Assembly: GCA_964016885.1 (NCBI GenBank)
Contig: CAXHJY010000866.1
Location: forward strand, 1-64,000
DNA length: 64,000 nt
From: Eledone cirrhosa
Taxonomy: Eukaryota
Direction of reading: 5' to 3'
Part shown: positions 1-15,172 of the stretch, piece by piece
How the letters are laid out: each line of letters starts with the position of its first letter
Position numbering within the stretch: position 1 is the stretch's first letter
Program-made: the position numbers and the translations under genes
Notes under the pieces: generated by a model
The model's input: only the letters and a program-made list of their open reading frames with translations
Databases searched by the model: none
What the model was told of the DNA's origin: nothing

Positions 1-596
1 GTCGTTTAAAGTATTTTTAGCAAAAAGAATGTTCTCATTTTTTGTCCCAGGGACCGCATTAGGCGAAAAACAATTTTAAAAAGTATTTTGGTTACGTGAG
101 GGCCTGTAACTCGAGAGGTTTCCAACCGATTTCTTTAAAAAACTTTGCATATGCATTACTTATGTTTCACACATTTTCTTGACTGAAAGAGATTTCAAAT
201 GTTTGCCCAGGGACCGCATTGTTTAGCATTTTGGTTGCGTTAGGGCATATAACCTTAAAATTATCCAACTAAATTCCTTCATGCTCTCCACCACTGCAGT
301 CCCACATGCTTACTGCTCTATAACTATTGCTTTCATTGTACCATAGCACAACAAATACATGTTCGGTTTGTCGGATGCCTTTTTACTTGGCTTTCGTGGC
401 TTGAACATTTTAATCTCAGGCATCCAATTAAGTTAAACCTCTGGTAATCTACGACGAATTTTTTTTATAAGCACAACATGCAGACACCATCCCCATGCCG
501 AGGTATTCCGTACTTCTCTGTACTGTTTCAGAAAGGAGGGATAAACATGTCAATCTATGATTAGATTCCTGAACAACGCCGGGCCATTCTGCTAGT
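1..596 (+). mobile_element. Non-autonomous Helitron/Helentron-like element, 3' part
   Basis: Ends in a short hairpin-like cctgaacaacgccggg followed by GCTAGT (591-596). Internal degenerate repeats cccagggaccgcatt...ttttggtt(a/g)cgt. Confidence 0.5.
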
Positions 597-905
597 ATCA
601 GTTATTTTAAGTTTATAAAAGTGAAATCCTCAAAAGACAATCAGAGTTTAGCATACAACTTAATGTCAATGTTCATTAAAGTAGATAATTTCTTTTATTA
701 TTTCTCTCCATTTTATACATTTGAGATTGCTTAGAGAATACAAATAAATTCAGTAAAACAAACATTTTATTTTCTTGCCTCTCTTAACTCCATTGCTGGT
801 ATTGAGGAAGGTCTTACATATATATATATATGTGTGTGTTTATGTATATATATATATAAATATATATATATTTATAAATGTAATCTGAGTTTTTCGAATA
901 TTATA

Positions 906-1836
906 ACTAGCAGCACAACCCAGCGTTGTCTGGGTAGGTAAAATAATATCTGCTTTGATGAAAAGGTGTTGAGCTTAGCGACTGTTAGTTTCTTGAAAAT
1001 CAGTCGTAAGGTGTAGCAAATGCCGAAATGTTGAGTGAAATCGTATGGAATATGTGTGAGGTGGAAACGATCGTATTTTGAAGAGTTAAACGGTCGCCAC
1101 GCCGTCCCTGAACAAAAATTACAAAGTGTGAAGCTACTATAAGATGTGCAATGATAGGTTATATCGTAGTATAAAAGTTTAACCAAATAAATTGATTTCT
1201 GTGTGAGGTGGGGCCGAAGTTTTGAATTTGAACGAAATCGGTTGAAAAATCTGGGAGCTAAAGCCGAAAGGCGGAAATTTGAGCGAAAAGGTGGTATTTT
1301 CGAATATTTAAGCGGCTGCCACGCCATTTTTGAACAAAAACACCAAAATATAAAGCCACTTTAAGACGTGAAATAATCAGATCTAGCGTAGTTTAATGTT
1401 TGAACAAAGTAGGTTGATTAATGTGGGATCTAGAGCCAAAGAAGTGGAAATTTGAGTCTAAAAGTACTATTTTTGAATATTTAAGCGGCTGCCACGCCGT
1501 TTCTGAACAACAAATGCAAAATATAAAGCCATTACAGGATGTGTAATGATAAATTCTATTTTGCTTTAATATTTGAACGAAATTTGTGGCAAAATGTGGG
1601 AGCTAGAGCCAAAAATCTTATTTTTCGATACCTAAAATAAGGTGACCCCCCAATCGATTTTTCTCTGCAGAATGACCCCGAAATTAAAAAAAACGATACC
1701 CTGATATATAGAAAGCACTCTCCGATGATTAATTTATGAGCCTGTAAAGGTTCATGAAAATCGGTCGTAAGATGTAGGCCCTATAGGTAATACACAGATA
1801 CACAGACACACACATATACTTAATTTTATATATATA
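906..1836 (-). mobile_element. Non-autonomous Helitron/Helentron-like element
   Basis: Minus strand ends in cccagacaacgctggg (hairpin) ...gctgCTAGT. Internal ~180-210-bp degenerate repeats (gcggctgccacgcc). It splits a repeat (873-905 / 1839-1940) that is seen uninterrupted at 25182-25246. Confidence 0.55.
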
Positions 1837-2031
1837 CAAATGATATTCGATTCGTTTACAATTATGCAAAAAACCTCTTTTTTAAAAGCCATGTCAGTAG
1901 TATGAGCCCCTCATTCTTGCTCTTGTGTTGGCATGTGTGTTATTTAGCTCCTATCTCTGTAGTAGAGCACTTTTCACTTATCACGCCATATCCCGACTTT
2001 TCCACCCAGCTCAAGTTTGTTCACCCGCACG

Positions 2032-4086
2032 ATGCAAATACACAACATCCACTTCTCCACCAAGAACATCCCAGTTCCACCGAGAAAACTTTACCTTCGG
2101 ATGCTGACGCCAAAAAATTGACCTTTTTGCGAAAAGACTAAGATGGAGTACTTTTTTCTACGATAGATACCGCGACAATCAGGACTTCGACACCAAGGAG
2201 AGATTCGGATTCAATACCTACAAATCTCTACCTCCGAATCTTATGCTCGCACCCTTCGAGAACGACCTTTTCCACCTGGTCAAGAGTAGTAAATTCAAAA
2301 CCAGACACAACAGATTCCTACAACAACTCCGTAGCAAAATAACAGAGTATTACAACACCAACGACATCCTGGTGTACTCGGACAAAACAGGAAACCTCTA
2401 ATTTGTCAACCCTGACATATACCACACACTGATCAGGAGCAGCCTAAACTCCACCTATACAAGGGCAAACCATTCAATTATCGAGGACATAAATCGAGAT
2501 GGACAACAAATTACCTCCAGCCTCGGGGTCGCCGACCGCACTGAACCCCCAGACCCACGGAATGCCTATATCACACTGAAGGACCACAAATCCGACTTTG
2601 ACCGCAAGCCATCCATTAGGCTTATAAACCCAACGAAGTCGAACAGAGTGAGAATCAGTAAAAAGATCCTAGACCGAGTTATACCAAAAGTTAAGCAAAA
2701 GACTTAGCCTATGGGTCAGCACCCAGGAAGTAATCTCATGGTTCAGGGATATGGAGGACAAACGAGTCACAAAATTCATCGAGTTTGACATAGAGAGTTA
2801 CTATTACCGCTCCTTACGGCCGACTTGGACTTTGCCGAAAAACTCACACCCATCACTGAACAGGAAAGAAATATCATTCTCGACGCCAGGAAGACAGTCC
2901 TACTTTTCGACAACTGCAAGTGGATAAAGAGAGCTCCCGACTCCCCCTTCGACGTCAGTATGGGCGCGACGGATTCTGCCGAGGTCACAGATGTTATAGG
3001 ATTATTCCTACTATTTAAACTCACCGAAATGTTTGCCGCATTCGGCGGTGGATTGTACCGGGTTGATGGGTTCCTCACCCTCAACGGGTACAACTCCAGT
3101 AGTACAGAGCGGGTCCGTAAACAACTAATCAACTTCTTCCGGGTTTGGGTATTTAAAATCACCCTACAAACATCCCTAACCCGAGTCAATTTCCTGGACG
3201 TTACTCTTAATCTCGAAAATGATATGTACTACCCATACAGGAAACCAAACGACAACCTTCACTACATCCACCCCCGCTCTAACCATCCCAGAAACATCAC
3301 CAATAACGTGGTTTAAAACATCTCCCTCCGCATAACTCGTTTGTCCGCTAATGAGCAGATATTCGACGAACATGCGCCTCATTACAACCAGGCCCTCAAG
3401 CTGAGTGGCTTCCGGGAGGAAAAATCCTTTTATCCAGCTTCCCTTAGCGAAACCAGCAGGCGACACCGCCGCTCACGCAACAAAAACACTTCCCACTACA
3501 ACACCGCTACGACAACATAATCAACAAAAATACCGTCAAACTCTCTTACGCCACCACACCTAACTTCGCACAAAACATCGTCTCCTCAAACAACAAAAAA
3601 CTCAACCCCTATGGAAGAAACAACCTAGACATCAGTGGAGAGCCGACCAGGAGGTGTAACTGCCCTGGCAGTGCGCCCTCAACAACAAATGCCGAGAACG
3701 TAACGTGATCTACCAGTGCAACGTGAGGACGGACACCTCCAACAAAGCTTATATAGGATTAACCGCGTGTGACTTCAAGACCCGGCTCTACCAACACCGA
3801 CATACCTTCCGAAACCCGGTCCGGCGACATGCCACTACACTTTCGGGCCACATCTGGGACCTCCAAGATAATAATATAACCTACAATCTCACTTGGAGCT
3901 TACTGTCCTGAGCTAACTCTTACACGGGAGGACGCCGTTCGTGTAACTTATGCTCGGAGGAAACATTAGAAAAGGCTGTTTTCGAAGGACCAACTCCTAA
4001 ACAAGAAAGAACTGGTAACCGCATGCAAACACAGATTGCGTAGGACTTACCTCGCCCTCAAACCCCATAACGATCCGGGTGGGTAG
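2032..4086 (+). pseudogene. PLE family A, full-length degenerate RT + GIY-YIG ORF
   Basis: Starts MQIHNIHFSTKNIPVPP. RT motif FDVSMGATDSAEV..GGLYRVDG; endonuclease IYQCNV..AYIGLTACDFKTRLYQH. Several stops and frameshifts. Colinear with 12548-14056. Confidence 0.92.
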
Positions 4087-4739
4087 ACAAGGCGTGATAC
4101 GCCCCCCCCCCCCCCCCACCACCACCACTTGCCGAATAAGTTGGAGGAAACCCCAGCTTACATAGGTAGATGTATATCTTTTCTTTTCTCTATGTCTTCT
4201 TCTTCCCCCTGTCTAATCGTTCCACCGCCTATATTCTTCCTCGTCTCCTTTTCCCCTTTCGCCTACCCCGATGCAGCCCATCGGGCCACTGTAGCATCAG
4301 TAACCCCACTCCTGTAATTTTAATATAGAATTGGCCGAATACGTTTCACTAACTACTTATAGCAGATGTGTTAGACCCCTTTAATTTTGTATCAGTTTTG
4401 TTACTACTCATTTCTACAATTTTTTTCTATTCTCAATTTATTAACCTGTAATTGTAAGATAGAATTGTGATTTTATTTTTATTCTTTTATTCGTTTCTCA
4501 CTATCTAATCTTATATATTGTTTTATTTATTTCTATTATCTTTTATTATCTTCTACTCTCATTCGATTTACCTATTCTATAACCTCCCTCCTCCAGTTCA
4601 TACACTATCCTTAGAATCTGCTGTATACATATCACTTTCAACGCTTCACCGTTCCACTCACTCCCCTATTGTTCTACAAGCAAGTTCAGCCACTCCTACC
4701 TCCCACCAAATGCCATGATGGACTTATTTGTGTTTACAA

Positions 4740-4978
4740 CAAATGTTAACCAATCGACTTGACAACTACAATCTTCCCATATAAGGAAGTACCCCCTTGA
4801 CAAGTTCGCCTATTTATTCACCAGGCTAAAAATTCTAATTTAGTCCAGAAATAGCCGCCGAAACGGCTTGAGCTCTGCCCTCGGGGTCATACTTTTTCCT
4901 ATTTCCCACTCTACTACCCTAAGTAGTGAGTACTCTGGTGCGTTATGGTCCATCTGGTTCCTTACCACAATTCCTTTG

Positions 4979-4980
<2 letters not shown>
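4740..4980 (+). mobile_element. PLE family A 3' pseudo-LTR
   Basis: Homologous to 15140-15277 and to the inverted 12338-12465. Ends in (TA)n. Confidence 0.85.
4792..4887 (+). ncRNA. Type I hammerhead ribozyme, U3-A8 core variant (slightly degenerate)
   Basis: cccc-UUGACAA-stem II-GAAA-cggc..tgagctc..gccc-UC-gggg. Confidence 0.7.
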
Positions 4981-5027
<47 letters not shown>

Positions 5028-5119
5028 CTTGGCAGACAAAAGAAACAAGAAATGTTTAGGATTATTTGCGTTGATATTTCTGCTTTTTTTATTTTGACTG
5101 CATTCCCATATATGGTCTG

Positions 5120-5303
5120 TACCCCTTGATAAGTTCAGCTAAATTCCCGGTGGCGTAGTTGCGTAGTTTGGACCTAACTGTCGGAAAGGCTGGAGCTCAT
5201 CCGCCTGTGTCCTGACTCTTTTCCTATTACTCACACTACTACCCTAAGTATCGGGGACTCTGGTGCGTTCCGGTCCACCTGGTATCTTACCACAGCTGCT
5301 TTG

Positions 5304-5305
<2 letters not shown>
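5120..5305 (+). mobile_element. Divergent solo pLTR related to family A, with decayed HHR
   Basis: accccUUGAUAA...ggaaaggctggagctc...cactactaccctaagtatcggggactctggtgcgttccggtccacctgg; ends in (TA)n. Confidence 0.7.
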
Positions 5306-5367
<62 letters not shown>

Positions 5368-6297
5368 TGTCTCCCTTTCCTCCATTGATGGTATTGAGGA
5401 AAGTCTTAATAGATATCATCAAAATGTATTAGAAAAACAATATATGACTTGATAAAAGGAAAAATTGTTTCTACACCGTAGATGTCTTATATTTTGGTTT
5501 TATCGCGAGGAATAATTAATTTGTTCAGTTGATTGCATTCATAGACCAATGTCTGACAAGCCATTTTGTACACATCTCGAAATTTATATAAAACCAACAA
5601 GCAGAATAAATTGGAATTGAAATTTGACTAATGTTATCTACCAGTATAGTGACTTATGTGGTTATATTTGCCTTTCAGTCCTTTCGAGGTCGATAAAAAT
5701 GTATCAGTCTAGTACTGGGGTCGATACTTCCTTTATATCTCGTTCTCACTTCCTCTCTGTCACTCTCTATTCTTCTCTGCAATAAATCTGCTGTGCTCAG
5801 GCCTGGAGCAGGGGGCTCTGCCAGGCTTAATATGCCCTGACCAAGAAACTGAGTATGTCACAATTGTGCCCCTACAACTCCATCGTGAGTTACGGGACCA
5901 TATGCAATACCATACCATCCTGCGTTATAAAACTTATATAAACAATTATCTTAATGATTGTGTCATGTGGAAGAAATGGTAGCAATGTATCTTTCAATTC
6001 AGCCGAACATTTTCGGGTTGGTTACACTCAAATTTTCAAACTCAGTAAGATTAATTTGTGTAAGCGAGGGACTAGGAATCCGGAAGATCCATGTTTCAGA
6101 CAATGATAAGAGTATAACCATAAAATACTATGAATAAAGAGGAGAATATGCAGGCCTGAAGTGTGGCATTAGGGGTAGATTGTATGTAGTGATAAGGTGT
6201 ATATTTGAAGGATTACAAAATATATTCCTCTTCGTCGTACTTGCAGTCGAAATAGAATATGAATGAATATATTCTGATATAAATCATCAGACAGTGT

Positions 6298-6595
6298 CTC
6301 TTCTTCTTCTTCTTCTTCTTCTTCTTCTTCTTCTTCTTCTTCTTCTTCTTCTTCTTCTTTTTTTTTTCTTTTTTTCTTTTTTTCTTTTTTTCTTTTTTTC
6401 TTTTTTTCTTTTTTTTTTTTTTCTTTTTCTTGGAAGGGTCGCATGGGCAAAGTCCTCAAACACTCATTCCACCGAGTTCTGTCAGTAGCAACAGTCCCAA
6501 ACTGATACAGCGAGACCAGCCAAGTTCATGGATGCTATGCAACCATCTTGCTCGGGATCTGCCAGTTTGCTTTTGACCGTAAAATCTGTCCAGCG
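6298..6595 (-). mobile_element. RTE-type LINE 3' end with (GAA)n/A-rich tail
   Basis: Reverse complement resembles 46070-46270. The (TTC)n and T-rich tract 6298-6430 is the tail. Confidence 0.55.
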
Positions 6596-7014
6596 AGTGA
6601 ATTATGTGTAAAATGAAATATATATTGCCTGATTACGGCGAAATGGCTATGAGGAATTAATCTGAGAAGAGTGCTAGAATGCCGGACAAGAGGCCTTGAA
6701 TATATTGTTATGCCTCATTGTGTTTTACGAGACTACTTATGTAGAGTCATATTCCTTCGGGAGAATGTGTTAAAATCAAGTTTACCCTCATTTCTAAAAC
6801 CAATATTAAGTATCTCCCAGTTATAAATTCATCTGCTCATCGAACTATCAAAAAAAAAAAATCAATGTATTATAATGTGTTTTATTGTATAGATTAAATT
6901 TACGGAAATAGTAATATATTTAGTAATATTAATATATTTTCGTAATATATTTAGTAATAGTAATATATTTTCGTGCCAACCCTTACCTATCTTGAGTAAT
7001 GACCGACATAATAG

Positions 7015-7190
7015 GATTGCTAATACAAGCAGCCGAAATGGGGTTCCTCCAAATGGTCATTGGTGTAACATTATTCGATGGAGTGTGTAGCTCGGAGATC
7101 AGAGAATCACTTCAGGTAGAGCTGCTACGTCTAACAATTTAGAGTTCACAGCTCCGATGTTATGGGCTTGTGATTTAGAATGTCTCTGGA
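7015..7190 (+). mobile_element. RTE-clade LINE ORF C-terminal remnant
   Basis: Translates as IQAAEMGFLQMVIGVTLFDGVCSSEIRESLQVE, an RTE post-RT motif. Confidence 0.65.
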
Positions 7191-7629
7191 AATTTTCTGA
7201 AATTTTATTTAACACCATCAACTATTATTATAGTCATTTGCGTAAGACGAACGCTTTTTTCATAATAACATATCATTATTTAGATGTGATTTTCTGGTAA
7301 AAATACGAAGTGGATAATATTGTTTTTTTATGATTTTTGTCATACATTTCTCACACATTCCTCATAGCGATGCAGATTTCACTGATTCAGCATTTGAAAA
7401 CAATTGCGTATTTGTCAAATAACGACTTTATGTACAAATATATGTATCTGACTGAAATTCAATGGGAATCTGTCAATATTTTCAAAACAAAAAAAGCGTT
7501 TAAAAAGTATAAATTATGTGGACGTTTTATTGTCTTTCTACTTGTAGAATGAAATGAATTTCATGTGAGTTTGTTGTTTTTTCTTTTGTTTTAATAATCA
7601 TATATTCCATCAATTATAAATACTCAAAA

Positions 7630-10125
<2,496 letters not shown>

Positions 10126-10432
10126 TAAGTTGAACAAAATGAAAACGAAAAACGAAATTTCATTTCTCACTCTTAGTATGGCACTTACTTAAATGTAAGT
10201 ATGTATGTATACGTACATACATATATGTATACAGACGTACAGTAGCATGTATATATATATATATATATATATACATACATGCAGGTACACATACATATAT
10301 GCACGCATCAGTTTAGCAGGCGCTTATTATAGCGCTGCTTTGTTCGTTTGTCAACAAACTGAACAGCCTCAATTTATGCCATACGGTGTTAAGGCAACCA
10401 CGTCACCATTTTGTTCAACACTGACACAGGAA

Positions 10433-10473
10433 CGATGTACTAGTTTCAAGCTTGTTAGCTATCATCAGCACCG
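10433..10473 (-). ncRNA. Minimal type I hammerhead ribozyme (array unit 1)
   Basis: CGGUG-CUGAUGA-UAGCU aaca AGCUU-GAAA-CUAG-UA^CAUCG; palindromic stem III ACUAGU. Confidence 0.88.
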
Positions 10474-10903
10474 TTTACCCATCTGCCAGATAGTTGAACG
10501 TTCGAAAGTATATACTTTCCTTATGAAAATTAACGGCTGAGCAGCCTAATTTGCATATTGAGTGAGCTAAATCGGTCAGGCATACCGAAAACGATAAGTT
10601 GAAAAAAATGAAAACGAAAAACGAAATTTCATTTCTCACTCTTAGTATGGCACTTACTTAAATGTAAGTATGTATGTATACGTACATACATATATGTATA
10701 CAGACGTACAGTAGCATGTATATATATATATATATATATATATACATACATGCAGGTACACATACATATATGCACGCATCAGTTTAGCAGGCGCTTATTA
10801 TAGCGCTGCTTTGTTCGTTTGTCAACAAACTGAACAGCCTGAATTTATGCCATACGGTGTTAAGGCAACCACGTCACCTTTTTGTTCAACACAGACACCG
10901 GAA

Positions 10904-10944
10904 CGATGTACTAGTTTCAAGCTTGTTAGCTATCATCAGCACCG
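10904..10944 (-). ncRNA. Minimal type I hammerhead ribozyme (array unit 2)
   Basis: Identical to the unit 1 HHR. Confidence 0.88.
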
Positions 10945-11186
10945 TTTACCCATCTGCCAGATAGTTGAACGTTCGAAAGTATATACTTTCCTTATGAAAA
11001 TTAACGGCTGAGCAGCCTAATTTGCATATTGAGTGAGTTAAATCGGTCAGGCATACCGAAAACGATAAGTTGAAAAAAATGAAAACGAAAAAAGAAATTT
11101 CATTTCTCACTCTTAGTATGGCACTTACTTAAATGTAAGTATGTATGTATACGTACATACATATATGTATACAGACGTACAGTAGC

Positions 11187-11221
<35 letters not shown>

Positions 11222-11376
11222 CATGCAGGTACACATACATATATGCACGCATCCGTTTAGCAGGCGCTTATTATAGCGCTGCTTTGTTCGTTTGTCAACA
11301 AACTGAACAGCCTGAATTTATGCCATACGGTGTTAAGGCAACCACGTCACCTTTTTGTTCAACACTGACACAGGAA

Positions 11377-11417
11377 CGATGTACTAGTTTCAAGCTTGTT
11401 AGCTATCATCAGCACCG
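11377..11417 (-). ncRNA. Minimal type I hammerhead ribozyme (array unit 3)
   Basis: Identical to the unit 1 HHR. Confidence 0.88.
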
Positions 11418-11655
11418 TTTACCCATCTGCCAGATAGTTGAACGTTCGAAAGTATATACTATCCTTATGAAAATTAACGGCTGAGCAGCCTAATTTGCAT
11501 ATTGAGTGAGTTAAATCGGTCAGGCATACCGCAAACGATAAGTTGAAAAAAATGAAAACGAAAAACGAAATTTCATTTCTCACTCTTAGTATGGCACTTA
11601 CTTAAATGTAAGTATGTATACGTACATACATATATGTATACAGACGTACAGTAGC

Positions 11656-11708
<53 letters not shown>

Positions 11709-11923
11709 CATGCAGGTACACATACATATATGCACGCATCAGTTTAGCAGGCGCTTATTATAGCGCTGCTTTGTTCGTTTGTCAACAAACTGTACAGCCT
11801 GAATTTATGCCATACGGTGTTAAGGCAACCACGTCACTATTGAGTACTTTGGTGCGTTATGGTCCACCTGGTTCCTTACCACATTTCCTTCGTTGTATGT
11901 ATATATATATATATATACATATC

Positions 11924-11961
<38 letters not shown>

Positions 11962-12062
11962 CATATCTATATATATATAGATATGTATATATATATAGAG
12001 ATATGTATATATTTAGATATATATATACATATATATATATACATATATATATAGAGAGAGAG

Positions 12063-12109
<47 letters not shown>

Positions 12110-12136
12110 GATATGTATATATATATATATATAGAG

Positions 12137-12201
<65 letters not shown>

Positions 12202-12269
12202 TATGTATATATATAGATATGTATATATATATATATATATACATATATATGTATATATATAGATATGTA

Positions 12270-12309
<40 letters not shown>

Positions 12310-12547
12310 GATATGTATATATATATATATATACATATAACGAAGGAAATGTGGTAAGGAACCAGGTGGACCATAACGCACCAAAGTACTCAATACTTGA
12401 AGTAGTAGAGTGGGTAATAGGAACCAGTAAGACCCCGACAGCTGAGCTCAAGCCGTTTCGACGGATTTTGACCGTAAACCCTCCATCAGGCTTATTAACC
12501 CAACGAAGTCCGACATAGGGAGAATCAGCAAAAAAATCCTAGACCGC

Positions 12548-14056
12548 GTGATACCAAAAGTCAAGCCACACACCCGACTTAGCCTATGGATCAGCACCCA
12601 GGAAGTAATCTCCTGGTTCAGCAATATGGAGGATAAACGAGAAACTAAATTCATACAGTTCGACATAGAGAGCTACTATGCTTCAATCACCTTACCGCTA
12701 CTTACTGCCGCCTTGGACTTCGCCGAAACACTCGTGCCCATCACCGACCAGGAAAGAAAAATCATCCTCCACGCCAGGAAGACAGTCTTACTCTTTGACG
12801 ACTCTAAATGGATAAAAAGAGCTCCCGACTCACCTTTCGACGTCAGCATGGGCGCCACGGATTCGGCGGAGGTCACTGATCTTATAGGATTATTCCTAAT
12901 AGCCAAACTCACTGATATGTTTCCTGCATTCGGTGGTGGATTGTACCGTGATGATGGGCTCCTTACCCTTAAAGGGTACAACCCCAGTAGTACAGATCGG
13001 GTCCGGAAACAATTAATCAGATTCTTCCGCGACTGGGGATTTAAAATAACCCTACATACGTCCCTGACCCGAGTAAACTTCCTGGACGTAACCCTCGACC
13101 TCGAAAACGACCTGTACTATCCATACAGGAAACCTAATGACAATCTGCACTACATCCACCGCCGATCAAACCATCCTAGGAACATCACAAACAACCTCGT
13201 CAAAAACATCTCCCTCCGCATATCCCGTTTGTCAGCTAATGAGCAGATATTCGATGAAGATGCGCCTTATTACAACCAGGCCCTCAAGCGGAGTGGTTTC
13301 CGGGAGGAAATATCCTACTGTCCAGCTCCCATTAGCGGAACCAGCAGGAGACACCGCCGCTCACGCAATGTAACATGGTTCAATCCTCCCCACAACGCAG
13401 AGGTGACAACTCCCATCGGGAAACTATTCTTTAGGCTCATTGAAAAACACTTCCCATTACAACACCGCTACCACAACATAATTAACAAAAATACCATCAA
13501 ACTCTCTTACAGCACTACACCAAAATTCGCACAAAACATCGTCTCCTCTAACAACAAAAATCTCAACCCCGATGGCAGAAATAACCTAATTAGCAGTGGA
13601 GAACCGACCAGGAGGTGTAACTGCCCGGATAGATCTATTTGCCCACTCGACAATAGATGCAGAGACCGTAATGTGATCTACCAGTGCAACGTGAGGACGG
13701 ATACCTCCAACAAAGCCTATATAGGACTTACCGCATGTGACTTCAAGACCCGGCTATACCAACATAGACATACCTTCCGAAACCCGGCCCGGCGTCACGC
13801 CACTACACTTTCGGGCCACATATGGGACCTCAAGGACAACAACATCACCTATGATCTCACTTGGAGATTACTGTCCAGAGCCAATTCTTACACGGGAGGA
13901 CGCCGTCCGTGCAATTTATGCTCGGAGGAAACTTTACAAATGCTGTTTTCGACGGACCAACTCCTAAACAAGAAAGATGAACTGGTTACTGCATGTAAAC
14001 ATAGATTGCGTAGGACTTACCTCGCCCTCAAACCCCATAATGACCCGGGGGGGTAG
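12548..14056 (+). CDS. PLE RT + GIY-YIG endonuclease (5'-truncated, frame open)
   Basis: 502-aa ORF: QFDIESYY, MGATDSAEV, YRDD, FLDV, Cys-rich linker CNC..CPL..C, VIYQC..YIGLT..FKTR..H, CNLC..E. Confidence 0.92.
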   Translation: MIPKVKPHTRLSLWISTQEVISWFSNMEDKRETKFIQFDIESYYASITLPLLTAALDFAETLVPITDQERKIILHARKTVLLFDDSKWIKRAPDSPFDVSMGATDSAEVTDLIGLFLIAKLTDMFPAFGGGLYRDDGLLTLKGYNPSSTDRVRKQLIRFFRDWGFKITLHTSLTRVNFLDVTLDLENDLYYPYRKPNDNLHYIHRRSNHPRNITNNLVKNISLRISRLSANEQIFDEDAPYYNQALKRSGFREEISYCPAPISGTSRRHRRSRNVTWFNPPHNAEVTTPIGKLFFRLIEKHFPLQHRYHNIINKNTIKLSYSTTPKFAQNIVSSNNKNLNPDGRNNLISSGEPTRRCNCPDRSICPLDNRCRDRNVIYQCNVRTDTSNKAYIGLTACDFKTRLYQHRHTFRNPARRHATTLSGHIWDLKDNNITYDLTWRLLSRANSYTGGRRPCNLCSEETLQMLFSTDQLLNKKDELVTACKHRLRRTYLALKPHNDPGG

Positions 14057-15172
14057 ACTAGGGCTATAACACCCCAGTTGCCGATTTTGCAATGGGTAAC
14101 CCCTGCTTGCCAAGGAAGACGTAAGATCTTCTTTGTATTCTTTTATCGCTTCCTTTATTTCCTTCCCCCCTCTCTCCTTTGTCCTTCTACCCCAGCTCTT
14201 CTCCTTTGTCGGCGTCTTTTCTCGCCCACCCGAGGCTGCCCTTTGGCCCCATGTAGCCTTAGTAGCCCCCCCCCTCCCTCCCCTAGTCTTTGATAGATTT
14301 GGCGGACACCGCCCTTTATAGCAGTTGGCTTAGACCCCGGATACTTGCCCCCTTTTTCCGACCGCTCCCACTATTCTCTGTGCCCTCTATATTTCTTAGT
14401 GGCACTTATGCCTTATTTTTTCGTTTCAGTATTCCTTGCTTCGCTTTTCTTCTGGGCGGGGTGGATTCTGAATTTATTTCTCCGTATTCTACCTTTATTT
14501 CGTACGAACTTTCATGTAGCTTGTTTTAGATCTTTTAGAGTTAGCATTAGTATATATTTTTCTCGGGACTCAGAATTATTATCTCGTACAAGTTCACTTT
14601 GCTGCATTGGGTCGTTGCTGGCCCGGGATGGAAACCTTTATTGTTTATTTCGTGGTAGTCTCTTTAGTATTTTGGCCCCTTTTGTTGACCCGTCACCGTA
14701 TCATTTACGTACTTATACCTCTTAAAAGGTTCCTTGCCTTATCCGTCCCACCTAGTTCTCTTACTTATTTCCTTATTTATTTATTTATTTATTTATTTAC
14801 TTCTTTCTTTCTTTCTTTATTTTATTCTAGCCTAACAATAGCCTGAGACCTAGGTCGTAGAATTTAATTTACTTTACTTTTTTCTTTACACTTATTTGCT
14901 TTTCTTCACTCTCAGTATTTTTTCTTTCCTATATATATTTTTCTACCCCCCATTGTTCTACCTACCGTTCCGACTTCCTCCTCCTCCCCCTCCCCTGTAT
15001 CTTCTTTGACCTCATGCCCAGCTGTAGCTGGCACTACCAACGCTTGATTGGGTCTACTCCACCCCCTCCCCTCTTTCTCCTACTGGCAGGTTTAGCCACC
15101 ATCTCCCCTACTAATTTGCAACCACAGAATTACTACTGATTTTTGACAATCACTTTGACCATATATGGAATT

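Larger units (their letters stand above)
10126..11837 (-). mobile_element. Non-coding ~472-bp tandem array (3.6 units) with one hammerhead per complete unit; retrozyme-like
   Basis: Near-identical units start at about 10126, 10595, 11066 and 11539. The first three carry a minus-strand HHR. No credible ORF. Confidence 0.85.

Noticed and set aside
10811-11011. Repeated 66-aa ORF in the array
   Set aside because: Antisense to the ribozyme, non-ATG start, and not preserved in diverged copies.
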